A stretch of DNA of 64,000 nucleotides from the NCBI GenBank assembly GCA_965660445.1, contig CBFIAK010000001.1, forward strand, positions 608,001 to 672,000. Reading direction: 5' to 3'. Source of the DNA: Patescibacteria group bacterium (lineage in GTDB: Bacteria > Patescibacteriota > Gracilibacteria > UBA4473). Made by a program: the position numbers and the translations under genes. The notes under the pieces were generated by a model. That model had not been told where the DNA came from. It saw only the letters and a program-made list of their open reading frames with translations, and made no database searches. Below, one piece after another: positions 10,524 to 19,865 of this stretch. How positions within the stretch are numbered: position 1 is the first letter of the stretch; each line of letters starts with the position of its first letter.

Positions 10524-11156
10524 TTAGTTGAAGAGTTCTGTAAAAGGATTTTGCAGTGTGCGTATAAGCGGGATAGGCCATACAACAAATGATGCCTTGC
10601 CTTGTATGTTTTCTTGTGGAACAAAAGGGGAATGAGATCCATTACATCCTTCAATACTATAACATTGACGAGCATCAAAGCTTTTAGCACGATTATCACC
10701 AAATAATAAATAATGTTGGTCTGGAATGATAAATGATGATTGTCCGTACGTTTGAGTTTGTCCTTGATTCAGTGCTGAAAGATATATTTCATCAAGTTCC
10801 AGTTTTTCGAATTGATCGTTCGTCAAATAGAGTTTTCCGTTTTGAATATCAATGACATCTCCCGGAGTTCCAAGTATACGTTTGATATAGTATTCTTTTT
10901 TCTCTGGTGGTTGAAATACAACAACTTCTCCAAACTGTGGCTCTCGAATAAAATGATAGAGAAATTGATTCACGAATATAAATTCTCCTTTTTCAAATTG
11001 ACATTCACCTTCGATCATATTGAGCGTTGGACACATTGATGGTCCAGAAACACGGAAAAATTGAAATATATAAAATCGTATAAAAAGAACAATTATAATA
11101 AGAATAAGTGTTTCTATAGTGAAATGAGTCCAGCTTTGATCTTTGTCTTTGAGCAT
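10524..11156 (-). CDS. lepB: Signal peptidase I
   Basis: VSGPSMCPT (catalytic Ser), YYIKRILGTPGD (Lys), GDNRAKSFDAR; ATG 11156 preferred to the track start 11210. Confidence 0.93.
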   Translation of the reverse strand: MLKDKDQSWTHFTIETLILIIIVLFIRFYIFQFFRVSGPSMCPTLNMIEGECQFEKGEFIFVNQFLYHFIREPQFGEVVVFQPPEKKEYYIKRILGTPGDVIDIQNGKLYLTNDQFEKLELDEIYLSALNQGQTQTYGQSSFIIPDQHYLLFGDNRAKSFDARQCYSIEGCNGSHSPFVPQENIQGKASFVVWPIPLIRTLQNPFTELFN

Positions 11157-11220
11157 AGAAAGTAAAAAGAATATCGCTCTTGATTGTAGACAAAAAAAAA
11201 TATGGTACAATGTTTTTTGT

Positions 11221-11934
11221 ATGAAACTCAGAGACCTTTTATTCCGTGGAGTCTTGGAAGACGATGAACATGTTGTTCGGGTATTTCGCCGTTTAATGAT
11301 TGTTTTAATATCGGAAATTATTGGATGGGTATTACTTATAGGTATAGTGCATTGGGCGGTTGTAACGTATATCGCACGATGGGAATTTTGGATTTTGCTT
11401 CCGTTTTACACTATTGCAACCTATAAAGTATTAGTCCTTTTTAATAGATGGTATTTTAATGCCGTGCTTATGACCAATCAGAATATTATTATTACTGAGT
11501 GGCAAGGATTTTTTCATCAACGATCAATTGTTATTAGTTATTGGAACTTAGATGAACCACAAATAGAAAAAAAAGGATTGTTTGCTTTTATACGGAACTA
11601 CGGAGATGTAACATTTGTGAAACTCAATAGTGGAGATAAATATACTTTTAAGAAACTCGCTCATCCTCATAAAGTAGTGAAAATTATTCATCATTATAAA
11701 GGTCAGGCACTGCATGAGAAAAATTTCCAAGAAGAATCAGCTCTCAAAAACTTGATTTCAGATATGGTGCAAAGTCATGTTCGGGCAAATGGTGTACCAG
11801 AACTCAAGCAAAATACTTCCTTTACAAACCGAAAATCGACACCGGTGTTTTTTTCTGATGAAACACTTGAATATGAAAAACAATTAGATGACTTTGGTGG
11901 TATCGAAATTGATTTATCTGACGATGATGAGTAG
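11221..11934 (+). CDS. Membrane protein with bacterial PH-like domain
   Basis: Two TM segments followed by MTNQNII...QGFF...NYGDV pattern; ATG 11221 follows TACAAT. Confidence 0.6.
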   Translation: MKLRDLLFRGVLEDDEHVVRVFRRLMIVLISEIIGWVLLIGIVHWAVVTYIARWEFWILLPFYTIATYKVLVLFNRWYFNAVLMTNQNIIITEWQGFFHQRSIVISYWNLDEPQIEKKGLFAFIRNYGDVTFVKLNSGDKYTFKKLAHPHKVVKIIHHYKGQALHEKNFQEESALKNLISDMVQSHVRANGVPELKQNTSFTNRKSTPVFFSDETLEYEKQLDDFGGIEIDLSDDDE

Positions 11935-11979
11935 TGTAATTCTTTTGTGCAGGGGGCTCAAATATTTTTGTTACAGTAT

Positions 11980-12438
11980 TTATTCTTTGTGGAATGCACT
12001 CCCTGCATCGATTTCAAGGGCTCTATATATTTGTTCAAGGGTCATGTTTTTAGCGAGTTCTTTGGTCCATGTCATACGACCAAATCGTATTTTTTTATCG
12101 GCTTTTTGAAGCAGAGTTGAGGAGATGCCATAAGCACCTCCTATAAGAAACTGAATACTCGTATTATGAATAAGTGAGTGTTTGAGGTATTGTGAGAATT
12201 CTTGAGAATGCAAGTCTTCACCGTGCTCATCAAAAATAACAAGTGGTATGTTGGGTTGGTATTTGTTCAGGAATATATCCGCTTCTTTTTCTTTGATTAC
12301 ATGGGCAGTTTCTTTTTTCCCATATTGAGGGAGAGGAATGATATGCAGTGAAGATCGAAAACCAATGCGACGGATGAGTTCTTTTTCGCGAGGAGTTATT
12401 TCTGAATTCTTCCCAAAAAAATAAAGATATATGTGCAT
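11980..12438 (-). CDS. rlmH: 23S rRNA pseudouridine-1915 N3-methyltransferase (SPOUT)
   Basis: FDEHG..LHSQEFS, FLIGGAYG, GRMTW, LEQIYRALEI, FHK. Confidence 0.9.
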   Translation of the reverse strand: MHIYLYFFGKNSEITPREKELIRRIGFRSSLHIIPLPQYGKKETAHVIKEKEADIFLNKYQPNIPLVIFDEHGEDLHSQEFSQYLKHSLIHNTSIQFLIGGAYGISSTLLQKADKKIRFGRMTWTKELAKNMTLEQIYRALEIDAGSAFHKE

Positions 12439-12528
12439 GATAAAAAAAGACTATTTCTCTTTTTTTAAAAAAAATAGTAGACAAATGCAAGAAAAACAAA
12501 TACTATCTGCGAGCTATTTTATGTGTTC

Positions 12529-12603
12529 GGCGCCATGGCGGAGTGGCTGACGCAGAGGCCTGCAAAGCCTTTTACCCCGGTTCGATTCCGGGTGGCGCCT
12601 CCA
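12529..12603 (+). tRNA. tRNA-Cys(GCA)
   Basis: GGCGCCA/TGGCGCC acceptor stem, anticodon loop CT-GCA-AA, GGTTCGATTCC, encoded CCA. Confidence 0.95.
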
Positions 12604-12614
12604 ATTTTTTTTAC

Positions 12615-12701
12615 GCTCGGGTGGTGGAATCGGTAGACACGAGAGACTTAAAATCTCTTGCTTACACAAGCGTGCGGGTTCAAGTCCCGCCTCGAGCACC
12701 A
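12615..12701 (+). tRNA. tRNA-Leu(TAA)
   Basis: GCTCGGG/CTCGAGC acceptor stem, CT-TAA-AA loop, long variable arm, GGTTCAAGTCC, CCA. Confidence 0.95.
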
Positions 12702-12782
12702 TAAAAAAATCACAATTCTCTTCTGATTTGTGTTTTTTTTATGTCTTTTTTTGTAGTGACAATGTGATTATTTTAAAAAATT

Positions 12783-12814
12783 TGAAAGAATTTTTTTTTC
12801 TCTGCGTATACTTA
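12783..12814 (+). promoter_or_regulatory. Putative ECF-sigma promoter TGAAAG-N16-CGTA
   Basis: Same motif, including CGTATACTTA, recurs upstream of the adjacent ECF sigma gene; resembles the SigW-type TGAAAC-N16-CGTA. Confidence 0.6.
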
Positions 12815-12881
12815 AGTGAAGGTTAAAAAAAAGTATATATACAAAAGATTCCTTCATTTATTATTAACCCTTTTTTTACAC

Positions 12882-13364
12882 ATGACTAAGAAATCATTGT
12901 TAGCATTATCGCTTATGGCTACACCGTTTGTGGGGGTTGGAGCACATGCACTTTATCGTCCTTCTCCGACAGTAGGGGACTCTGGGGGAAAGCCATATAT
13001 AAGAAGTGATAATTGGGAGTATGACAAAAATTTAGAGCATTTCCATCCTCAAGATATAGAGGAGAAAAAAGAAAAACTTTGGATGCATGCTGAGAAGTTA
13101 AATGGTCGAAAATATAAACGAGGCTTGTGGAGAAATACAGAAAAAACAATAACACTTATTGATGGTGGTATTGAAAAAGTAATGACATCAAATGATCCCG
13201 TAACGGTTCAAAAGTTACAAGATAAGATGGGAACGAAGAAACACTTGAAGGGTGTTGAGGTATCGGTAGAAAACTTAGACAATGGTGTGCGTGTTACTTA
13301 TACTTCCGATGATCCTGCAATACTAGAATCTCTTCAAACCCATAGAAAAGGAAAACGAAAATGA
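12882..13364 (+). CDS. Secreted hypothetical protein with two GxxxxxTSxDP repeats
   Basis: Signal peptide from ATG 12882; GIEKVMTSNDPVTVQKLQ and GVRVTYTSDDPAILESLQ. Confidence 0.65.
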   Translation: MTKKSLLALSLMATPFVGVGAHALYRPSPTVGDSGGKPYIRSDNWEYDKNLEHFHPQDIEEKKEKLWMHAEKLNGRKYKRGLWRNTEKTITLIDGGIEKVMTSNDPVTVQKLQDKMGTKKHLKGVEVSVENLDNGVRVTYTSDDPAILESLQTHRKGKRK

Positions 13365-13391
13365 ATAAAATATTAAAAAGTAGGACACAAT

Positions 13392-13425
13392 CAAAACAAG
13401 CTTTGAATATTCAAAGCTTGTTTTG
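13392..13425. repeat. Perfect 34-bp palindrome (terminator and/or operator)
   Basis: CAAAACAAGCTTTGAATATTCAAAGCTTGTTTTG is its own reverse complement. Confidence 0.85.
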
Positions 13426-13456
13426 AAAGAAAAAAGAAAAAAAATACGTATACTTA
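13424..13456 (+). promoter_or_regulatory. Putative autoregulatory ECF promoter TGAAAG-N17-CGTA
   Basis: Matches the motif at 12783; lies directly upstream of the ECF sigma gene. Confidence 0.6.
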
Positions 13457-13478
13457 TAATGTCTTTTGATTCGCACTC

Positions 13479-14072
13479 ATGACCAATCGGTACACACAAG
13501 AAAGTGATGAGTTTTTGTTATCTCATGCTGTTGAGGAAAGTGAGTGTTTCTCACTCCTTATAGAGCGATATGAACAAAAACTGAAATATTATATCTTTCG
13601 AATTTCTCATTTTTCTCATCTTGAGGCAGAAGAGATACTCCAAGATGTTTTTCTAAAAGTTTGGGTGCATATGAATGATTTTGATGCCGATATGAAATTT
13701 TCTACTTGGATTTATCGTATCACTCATAATGAAGTTATTTCTCGGTTTCGAAAATCAAAAACGAGAGGTGAACAGAATCGTTCTGAATTTAATGATGAGG
13801 TGTTATATGCTATAGAGAGTGATATTGATATCGTAGAGGCAGTTGATGCTGATCTGCGTGCAAAAGTGGTGCACGATGTATTAGATCATATAAAACCAGA
13901 ATATAAAAATGTTTTAGTTTTGTATTACTTTGAAAATAAGAAGTATGATGAGATATCAGATATATTGGAAAAATCAGTTGGAACAGTCAGTACTTTAATT
14001 CACCGAGCGAAAAAAGAATTTATTTCTTATTATACTCAAAAATACTCTTCACTTTCTCTTATTCATGAATAA
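13479..14072 (+). CDS. ECF RNA polymerase sigma-70 factor
   Basis: AEEILQDVFLKVW, FSTWIYRITHN, YDEISDILEKSVGTVSTLIHRAK. Confidence 0.92.
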   Translation: MTNRYTQESDEFLLSHAVEESECFSLLIERYEQKLKYYIFRISHFSHLEAEEILQDVFLKVWVHMNDFDADMKFSTWIYRITHNEVISRFRKSKTRGEQNRSEFNDEVLYAIESDIDIVEAVDADLRAKVVHDVLDHIKPEYKNVLVLYYFENKKYDEISDILEKSVGTVSTLIHRAKKEFISYYTQKYSSLSLIHE

Positions 14073-14811
14073 AAAATCACTTTCACAATCCGTTTTGCAA
14101 TCCATAAAAAATGAAAACATAAAACCACGAAGTGCGTGGCATTACCGAGTAAAAGAGTTTATTTTCTGGCTTATTTTTGTGGTTTCTTTAGTAATCGGTT
14201 CTCAGGCTGTTTCAGTGATTCTTCATGCTTTTTTTCATACAGATTTTGATGTGTTTCAACTTATACCTCAAAATAATTGGGCTGCATTTTTGCGTATTTT
14301 ACCAGTCTACTGGTTTGCATTATTAATTTTCTTTCTTGGTTTAGCATTATGGGGATTTCGACATACGAAAAAAGGGTATCGATTTTTTACTATTTGGTTT
14401 GTATCAGGGAATATATTCTTGAGTTTTCTCATTGGAGGTGGTGTGTATATGATGGGGGGGAGTGAAAAAATGGAACAGTTATTCGCAGATACTATCTCTT
14501 TTTATGAACCTTTTGAATTGCGTCGACAATACATCTGGAATCATGCTGATAAAGGCTTATTAGCCGGTATGGTTCAAAAGGTTCTTCCTGATAATACATT
14601 CTTATTGTCTGATTTTGGTCGAAATATGTGGGTTGTAAAAAAGAGTAATGTGAATGATCCAATTATTTTTTTATTACGAAAAGGTATGAAAGTAAAGGTC
14701 GTTGGAGTGAAGGAAGATAATGGGGTTTTTCAAGCGACCCATATTCGTGAATGGAAAAAACCACATTATTTAAAGATACACTACTATACGCATCCAAGAA
14801 GTTTTCAATAA
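14065..14811 (+). CDS. Membrane protein, probable anti-sigma factor
   Basis: Overlaps the ECF gene; three TM helices and an OB-fold-like C-terminus. Confidence 0.6.
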   Translation: MNKKSLSQSVLQSIKNENIKPRSAWHYRVKEFIFWLIFVVSLVIGSQAVSVILHAFFHTDFDVFQLIPQNNWAAFLRILPVYWFALLIFFLGLALWGFRHTKKGYRFFTIWFVSGNIFLSFLIGGGVYMMGGSEKMEQLFADTISFYEPFELRRQYIWNHADKGLLAGMVQKVLPDNTFLLSDFGRNMWVVKKSNVNDPIIFLLRKGMKVKVVGVKEDNGVFQATHIREWKKPHYLKIHYYTHPRSFQ

Positions 14812-14843
14812 ATAAAAAAAGGAGTGTAACTCCTTTTTTTATT
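14811..14843. terminator. Bidirectional intrinsic terminator
   Basis: AATAAAAAAAGGAG-TGTAA-CTCCTTTTTTTATT between convergent genes. Confidence 0.8.
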
Positions 14844-14861
14844 GGGTATCTTGATGCTTTG

Positions 14862-15551
14862 TTACAAACTATCAAAGTAAAGAGCAAGTGTAAAAGATAT
14901 TTCATCTCGAATAGCTCCATCTCCTAGATTATCAAAGAAGCTTCCAGAACCATAAGTGATTCCCCATTGAGTTCTATCGATATCAAATTGAGCTTCTACG
15001 GTAAGTGCTTGATCTTCATTGATCGTTACTTGTGCAGGAAACGTAATTTCATTTGTCGTTTCTAAGATAGTAAGGTTTCCGGTTACTAGAATTTCATTTC
15101 CTTCTGTCATTTCAATGTTTGCAATTGAAAATGTGCTTTCTGGATAGTTTTCTACATTGAAGAAATCTTCACTTTTTAAGTGTTCAATAACCCCTGATTT
15201 TTCGTGATCAATAGTGGTCATATCAATAGTGAAATTACCACTCCATGTACCATCTGTAATTTGAATTTCACCAAGTGTAACACGCACATCTCCAGTATAA
15301 GGATCGCCTACAATTTTTCCAGCAGTCCATTGCATAGCACTTTTTTGAGTATTTATAGTATAGGCATCATTGAACTCTATTTCGCTCAATGGGGTGATTG
15401 TTGACGGTGAAGATTGTGTGTCCGTATTTTGTGTCTGAGCAGGGTTTTCGTTTCTGTTTTGCGTTTGTGTTGCGTTATTTGGTGTGTTTGTGCCACATCC
15501 ACTCAAGAGAATGAGTGAAAAAAGAAGAGTAGAATACAAAAATGTTTTCAT
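14862..15551 (-). CDS. YceI-family lipoprotein
   Basis: Lipobox LSGC; HLKSEDFFNVENYP; IDRTQWGITYGS. Confidence 0.88.
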   Translation of the reverse strand: MKTFLYSTLLFSLILLSGCGTNTPNNATQTQNRNENPAQTQNTDTQSSPSTITPLSEIEFNDAYTINTQKSAMQWTAGKIVGDPYTGDVRVTLGEIQITDGTWSGNFTIDMTTIDHEKSGVIEHLKSEDFFNVENYPESTFSIANIEMTEGNEILVTGNLTILETTNEITFPAQVTINEDQALTVEAQFDIDRTQWGITYGSGSFFDNLGDGAIRDEISFTLALYFDSL

Positions 15552-15584
15552 GAAAAAAAATATAAGGAATAAAAAGTGATGGTA

Positions 15585-16043
15585 TTATGCCAGAAAACTT
15601 CGCAGCATCCAAGCGGTTTTTTCATGAACAGCAAGGCGAGACCCAAGCATGTCAACAGTGCCTTCGTCATTCACATCGGCTGCTTTTTTTATGATATCAC
15701 GAATGAGAGATGCTATGCTTTCATGATTGGAAAGTAATGTTTCTACCATAGTGTTCGCTGGTAATGTATTGTCTGATTCTTGAAGAATAGAAAGTGACTG
15801 AAAAGATTTCATATTTCCGGGTGAGAGTACGTCGAGTGCGCGAATGCGTTCAGCTACTTCATCGTTTGCTTCAAAAAGGTCATTATATTGAGCTTCAAAT
15901 AAACTATGAAGTGATTCAAAATGGGGTCCTTTTACGTTCCAGTGGAAATTTTGGGTTTTTATAAAAAGCATGTACATGCTTGAAAGGAGCACAGAAAGTT
16001 CTTGTGCTATAATTAATTTATTTTCTTTTGTAAGTGTTGTCAT
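15585..16043 (-). CDS. dps: Dps DNA-protection ferritin-like protein
   Basis: KTQNFHWNVKGPHFESLH, DEVAERI, HEKTAWML. Confidence 0.95.
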   Translation of the reverse strand: MTTLTKENKLIIAQELSVLLSSMYMLFIKTQNFHWNVKGPHFESLHSLFEAQYNDLFEANDEVAERIRALDVLSPGNMKSFQSLSILQESDNTLPANTMVETLLSNHESIASLIRDIIKKAADVNDEGTVDMLGSRLAVHEKTAWMLRSFLA

Positions 16044-16055
16044 AGAGTAAAAAAG

Positions 16056-16469
16056 TTAAGAATTATTGTTTTTTTGTCCCTGAAGGATAAGATTTATATT
16101 TTCTATATTATATTTTTGGGGGTTTTTGATTGTGATTTGTACTTCATGAGGTTCGATATCATGGAGTGTTTTTGTTTGAGTGTCATAAAAATGATAATGA
16201 GGTTCAACCGTGCTATCGTATACAATGTTTTTAGAATGAGGATCTTTAAAGGATTTTAGTTTTCCTATTTCTATTAACATATGGATAGTATTGTAAATAG
16301 TAGCTAAACTCACGGAAGGAAACGTTTTTTCAAGATGTTTTTTTATGTCCTCAATAGTGCTATGTGATTCAGGGCGTAAAACATATTCGCAAATAGCAAT
16401 ACGAGACGCTGTCACATGTTGTTTATGTGTTTTCAGAAGATCCTGAATAGCATTTGTATCAAGTTTCAT
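16056..16469 (-). CDS. perR: Fur-family peroxide-stress regulator (PerR-like)
   Basis: TASR, SLATIYNT, YDS...HYHF...HDI; lies between ahpC and dps. Confidence 0.8.
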   Translation of the reverse strand: MKLDTNAIQDLLKTHKQHVTASRIAICEYVLRPESHSTIEDIKKHLEKTFPSVSLATIYNTIHMLIEIGKLKSFKDPHSKNIVYDSTVEPHYHFYDTQTKTLHDIEPHEVQITIKNPQKYNIENINLILQGQKNNNS

Positions 16470-16476
16470 GGTCGTT

Positions 16477-17106
16477 TTAGTGGGAAGAGAGATAATCAGA
16501 AACTCCTTTGTTATCGGCTTTCATTGCGTCTTTGCCTTGGCTCCAGTTTGCGGGGCAAACTTCGCCATTTTTTTCAAAATGTTGAAGCGCATCAACTATA
16601 CGTACAGCTTCTTCTACATTTCGTCCTAGGGGCATATCATTCACAAGTGCGTGTCGAATAATACCTTCTTTATCGATCAAAAAGAGTCCACGGTAGGCAA
16701 CGAGTTCACCAGTGATAGTTTCAAAACCATCTTCATCATATTCAATCCCAGCGAGTACACCGTATTCTCGAGAAATAGTTTTATTTGTATCAGCCACAAG
16801 TGGGTAAGTAACTCCCTCGATACCACCTTTATTTTTTGGGGTATTTAACCATGCATAATGAGAGAACTCTTGATCTGTTGAAACACCGATTACTTCAACA
16901 TTTCTTTTTTTGAATTCTTCGAGTTTTTCTTGAAAAGCATGAAGTTCTGTTGGACAGACAAATGTAAAATCTTTTGGATAAAAGAAAAGAAGAATATATT
17001 TCTTTCCGTGGAATGGTGCGAGTGAGAAATTCTCGATAATCTCATTTCCGTTTATAACAGCATTTGCTGAAAATTGTGGTGCCTTAAGGCCAACAAGTGT
17101 TTGCAT
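16477..17106 (-). CDS. ahpC: 2-Cys peroxiredoxin
   Basis: FYPKDFTFVCPTE, GRN, GEVCPANW. Confidence 0.95.
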   Translation of the reverse strand: MQTLVGLKAPQFSANAVINGNEIIENFSLAPFHGKKYILLFFYPKDFTFVCPTELHAFQEKLEEFKKRNVEVIGVSTDQEFSHYAWLNTPKNKGGIEGVTYPLVADTNKTISREYGVLAGIEYDEDGFETITGELVAYRGLFLIDKEGIIRHALVNDMPLGRNVEEAVRIVDALQHFEKNGEVCPANWSQGKDAMKADNKGVSDYLSSH

Positions 17107-17143
17107 AATAAATAATGGGTTAAAAAATGAATTGATTCAAATT

Positions 17144-17158
17144 TTAGAATCATTCTTA
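17144..17158. promoter_or_regulatory. Putative PerR box (7-1-7 inverted repeat)
   Basis: TTAGAAT-C-ATTCTTA just upstream of ahpC, one mismatch from perfect symmetry. Confidence 0.7.
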
Positions 17159-17221
17159 TATTCACGAAAACAAGATAGAAAGTCAAATCTTTATTTTCTA
17201 TTGATATGTAAATTTCAATCT

Positions 17222-17249
17222 TTGACTTTTCAAAAAAGTATGTTATAAT
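17222..17249 (+). promoter_or_regulatory. Sigma-70 promoter
   Basis: TTGACT-N16-TATAAT with extended TG. Confidence 0.6.
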
Positions 17250-17390
17250 TATAAAAAATAAACACAGAAAAACATGCTATTTCATTCCGTGTCTCGGTAT
17301 ATCATTCCGAAAAAAGTCTATAATTATTGTCGAATGTGTCGACATAAGAATAAGAACATACAAAATAAACATATTTTGCTTATTTATATT

Positions 17391-17948
17391 ATGGCAATAA
17401 ATGTTCTTTTTCAAGGTATTATTGATGTGGTTCTTAAATTTGTAGGATATGCAGGGATGCTTGTGTTTCCCTATCGTGTGGATTTTCTATTTTTAACAGC
17501 TATTTCAGTGCTTCTTGGATGGCAGTCACTTAAAAGTATGAAAAGTGGGAATGTTGATACGACAAAAAATAACCTCACCCTGAGTTGTTTAGTAGAAATA
17601 AGTTTAGTGGTAGGGGATGTTTATTTTATTTTTAAAAATCTTCAAGTTCTTGCTTATGTAAGTGTTGTTCGTATGCCATTTGTGATATTGACAGCTTTAA
17701 ATATAGTACTGCTTCTTCTTGTTATGAGAGACTTGCAATTTTACAAATTTTTTGAGTATCGAGTCGATCGGTTTCTATCACGCGTTTGTATTCCGTTTTT
17801 CTTAAGTTTTGGTTTGTTCTCGTCAACACTTCTTGGGTATGCAGCAGATGATAAACTTTTTGATAATCATCATATGTCTCCTAAAAAAGATATACAACAT
17901 CATTTATATCACCGTCGACGAGAAGTTATAGAAGATCTTGGGTTGTAA
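17391..17948 (+). CDS. Hypothetical multi-pass membrane protein (track start 17274)
   Basis: Several hydrophobic segments; no recognised family. Confidence 0.5.
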   Translation: MAINVLFQGIIDVVLKFVGYAGMLVFPYRVDFLFLTAISVLLGWQSLKSMKSGNVDTTKNNLTLSCLVEISLVVGDVYFIFKNLQVLAYVSVVRMPFVILTALNIVLLLLVMRDLQFYKFFEYRVDRFLSRVCIPFFLSFGLFSSTLLGYAADDKLFDNHHMSPKKDIQHHLYHRRREVIEDLGL

Positions 17949-17973
17949 GAAAATATGTTTCGATATACATGTT

Positions 17974-18435
17974 TTAATTGAGCATCAAAAGACTCCCAGT
18001 CAGTAAAGTCGCAAAACTAACCCATACCAAATAAGGAATAAACCAATAGGCTAAAGATTCTTCTATCTTCCCACACCAATACATTGTATATCCAATACCT
18101 ACCAATAAAATCAGTATTTCTACAAAAGCCCATAGAATTTGTTCCATACCAAAAAATAAAAACGACCACCCAACATTAAGTCCTAATTGAAGAAAGAACC
18201 ATCGTAATGCGTTGGTTCTTTCTTTGGAAAGAGGCGCATAAAAAAGTTTCCAAAGAATGTATCCCATTATTCCATACAGAAGTGTCCACACAGGCGCAAA
18301 AACAAACGATGGGGGATTAAACCATGGTTTTTCAAGAGATTGATACCACAATGTATCTCCAGACCCCGAAAGAGTTCCTGCAATTCCGCAGAGCTGACAA
18401 AAAAGAATGCAACCGAAGAGAGAAATTTTTTTCAT
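17974..18435 (-). CDS. tspO: TspO/MBR tryptophan-rich sensory protein
   Basis: WYQSLEKPWFNPPSFVFAPVWTLLY, QLGLNVGWSFLFF, PYLVWVSFA. Confidence 0.93.
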   Translation of the reverse strand: MKKISLFGCILFCQLCGIAGTLSGSGDTLWYQSLEKPWFNPPSFVFAPVWTLLYGIMGYILWKLFYAPLSKERTNALRWFFLQLGLNVGWSFLFFGMEQILWAFVEILILLVGIGYTMYWCGKIEESLAYWFIPYLVWVSFATLLTGSLLMLN

Positions 18436-19748
18436 GAAAAAGAAAATAATGATTTTTTATATGTTTCAATAGCTTTTATTCGAGCTTGGTTGTGATCAAC
18501 CATTGGTTTTGGATACTTATGTGTACCATATTCTTCTACCCAACGATGAATATATTTTTTCTCTGGATCAAACTTTTTCTGTTGTGCTTCAGGGTTAAAC
18601 ACTCTGAAATACGGAGCTGCATCGCACCCCGTTCCTGCAGCCCATTGCCAACCTCCGTTATTAGAAGCTAAATCAAAATCGAGGAGTTTTTGAGCAAAAT
18701 ATCGTTCTCCCCATTGCCAATGAATGAGTAAGTGTTTACATAAAAAACTGGCGGTTACCATACGAGCTCTATTATGCATAAAACCAGTGGTATTAAGTTC
18801 TCGCATGCCAGCATCTACAAGTGGATAACCAGTGCGTCCTTCGCACCAACGAACAAACCATTCTTTATTGTTTTCCCATAAAATATGATCATACTTTTTT
18901 TTAAATGCGCCTTTTGTGACATGCGGAAAATGAGAAAGTATCATCTGATAAAAATCTCTCCAAATAAGTTCGTTTACAAAAATTTCGTTTTTTTGAAGTG
19001 CTTCTGTGAGGAGTTCACGAATACTTATAATACCAAATCGCAGATATATGCCAGATTTTGATGTTCCTTTTTGATGCTCAAGATCGTCTCTTGTTTTATC
19101 ATAGTGGGCAATGCATTCAGATGGTATTGTATACGCAATAGAAGGTGTAAGAGGAGAGTGTTGAAACCCAAGAGATTGCAAAGATGGAATATTATGAGTG
19201 TGAAATGGAAAAAGAGAGTTGAGGCAATCTTCACTCTTATACGCTGTATATTCTTGTGGAGTAAGATTTTTCTTCCATGTGCGAGAGTACGGTGTAAATA
19301 TTGTATAAGGATTCCCATCAGGTTTGACGATTTCTTTTTCTTCAAAAAGAACATGGTCTTTAAATCTATAAAATGGAATGTTTTTGTCTTTTAAGAATGC
19401 TTCGATTTCATTATCTCTTTTTTTCGCATATGGTTCATAGTCATTATTTGTATAAACAGCTTTTATCTTATATTCTGTGATTAACTCTTTCCATATTGTT
19501 TCAGGAAATCCGTATCTGATGTCTATGTCGCTTTTATAGTTTCTAATTTTGTTTTTTAAATCAGTGAGTGCCTTATGAATAAATTCTACACGAGCATCGT
19601 CTTGTGGAAGGGGATCAAGAATATGTCGGTCAAAAATAAAAAGAGGGATTACTGCGTATCCGCTGTTCAGTGCTTTATAAAAACCATGGTTGTCATGAAG
19701 CCGTATATCTCGACGAAACCAAAACACGACACATTCAGTTTTTTTCAT
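18432..19748 (-). CDS. phrB: Deoxyribodipyrimidine photolyase
   Basis: WFRRDIRLHDN, WCEGRTGYPLVDAGMREL, MHNRARM, NNGGWQW. Confidence 0.95.
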   Translation of the reverse strand: MKKTECVVFWFRRDIRLHDNHGFYKALNSGYAVIPLFIFDRHILDPLPQDDARVEFIHKALTDLKNKIRNYKSDIDIRYGFPETIWKELITEYKIKAVYTNNDYEPYAKKRDNEIEAFLKDKNIPFYRFKDHVLFEEKEIVKPDGNPYTIFTPYSRTWKKNLTPQEYTAYKSEDCLNSLFPFHTHNIPSLQSLGFQHSPLTPSIAYTIPSECIAHYDKTRDDLEHQKGTSKSGIYLRFGIISIRELLTEALQKNEIFVNELIWRDFYQMILSHFPHVTKGAFKKKYDHILWENNKEWFVRWCEGRTGYPLVDAGMRELNTTGFMHNRARMVTASFLCKHLLIHWQWGERYFAQKLLDFDLASNNGGWQWAAGTGCDAAPYFRVFNPEAQQKKFDPEKKYIHRWVEEYGTHKYPKPMVDHNQARIKAIETYKKSLFSFS

Positions 19749-19794
19749 TCGAATGAAAGTATAGTGTGTTTTCTATAAAAAAAGAAAAAAAAGA

Positions 19795-19824
19795 TGTTAC
19801 CTTTTCGTGTTTCGTTCGTATATA
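19795..19824 (+). promoter_or_regulatory. Putative ECF promoter TGTTAC-N16-CGTA
   Basis: Upstream of the second ECF gene; same -10 but different -35 from the first pair. Confidence 0.5.
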
Positions 19825-19865
19825 CTATGCGAGAGATATCTTTCATTTCTTAATAAACACCCACA

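Noticed and set aside
12514-12702. 62-aa minus-strand ORF
   Set aside because: Reverse complement of tRNA-Cys and tRNA-Leu
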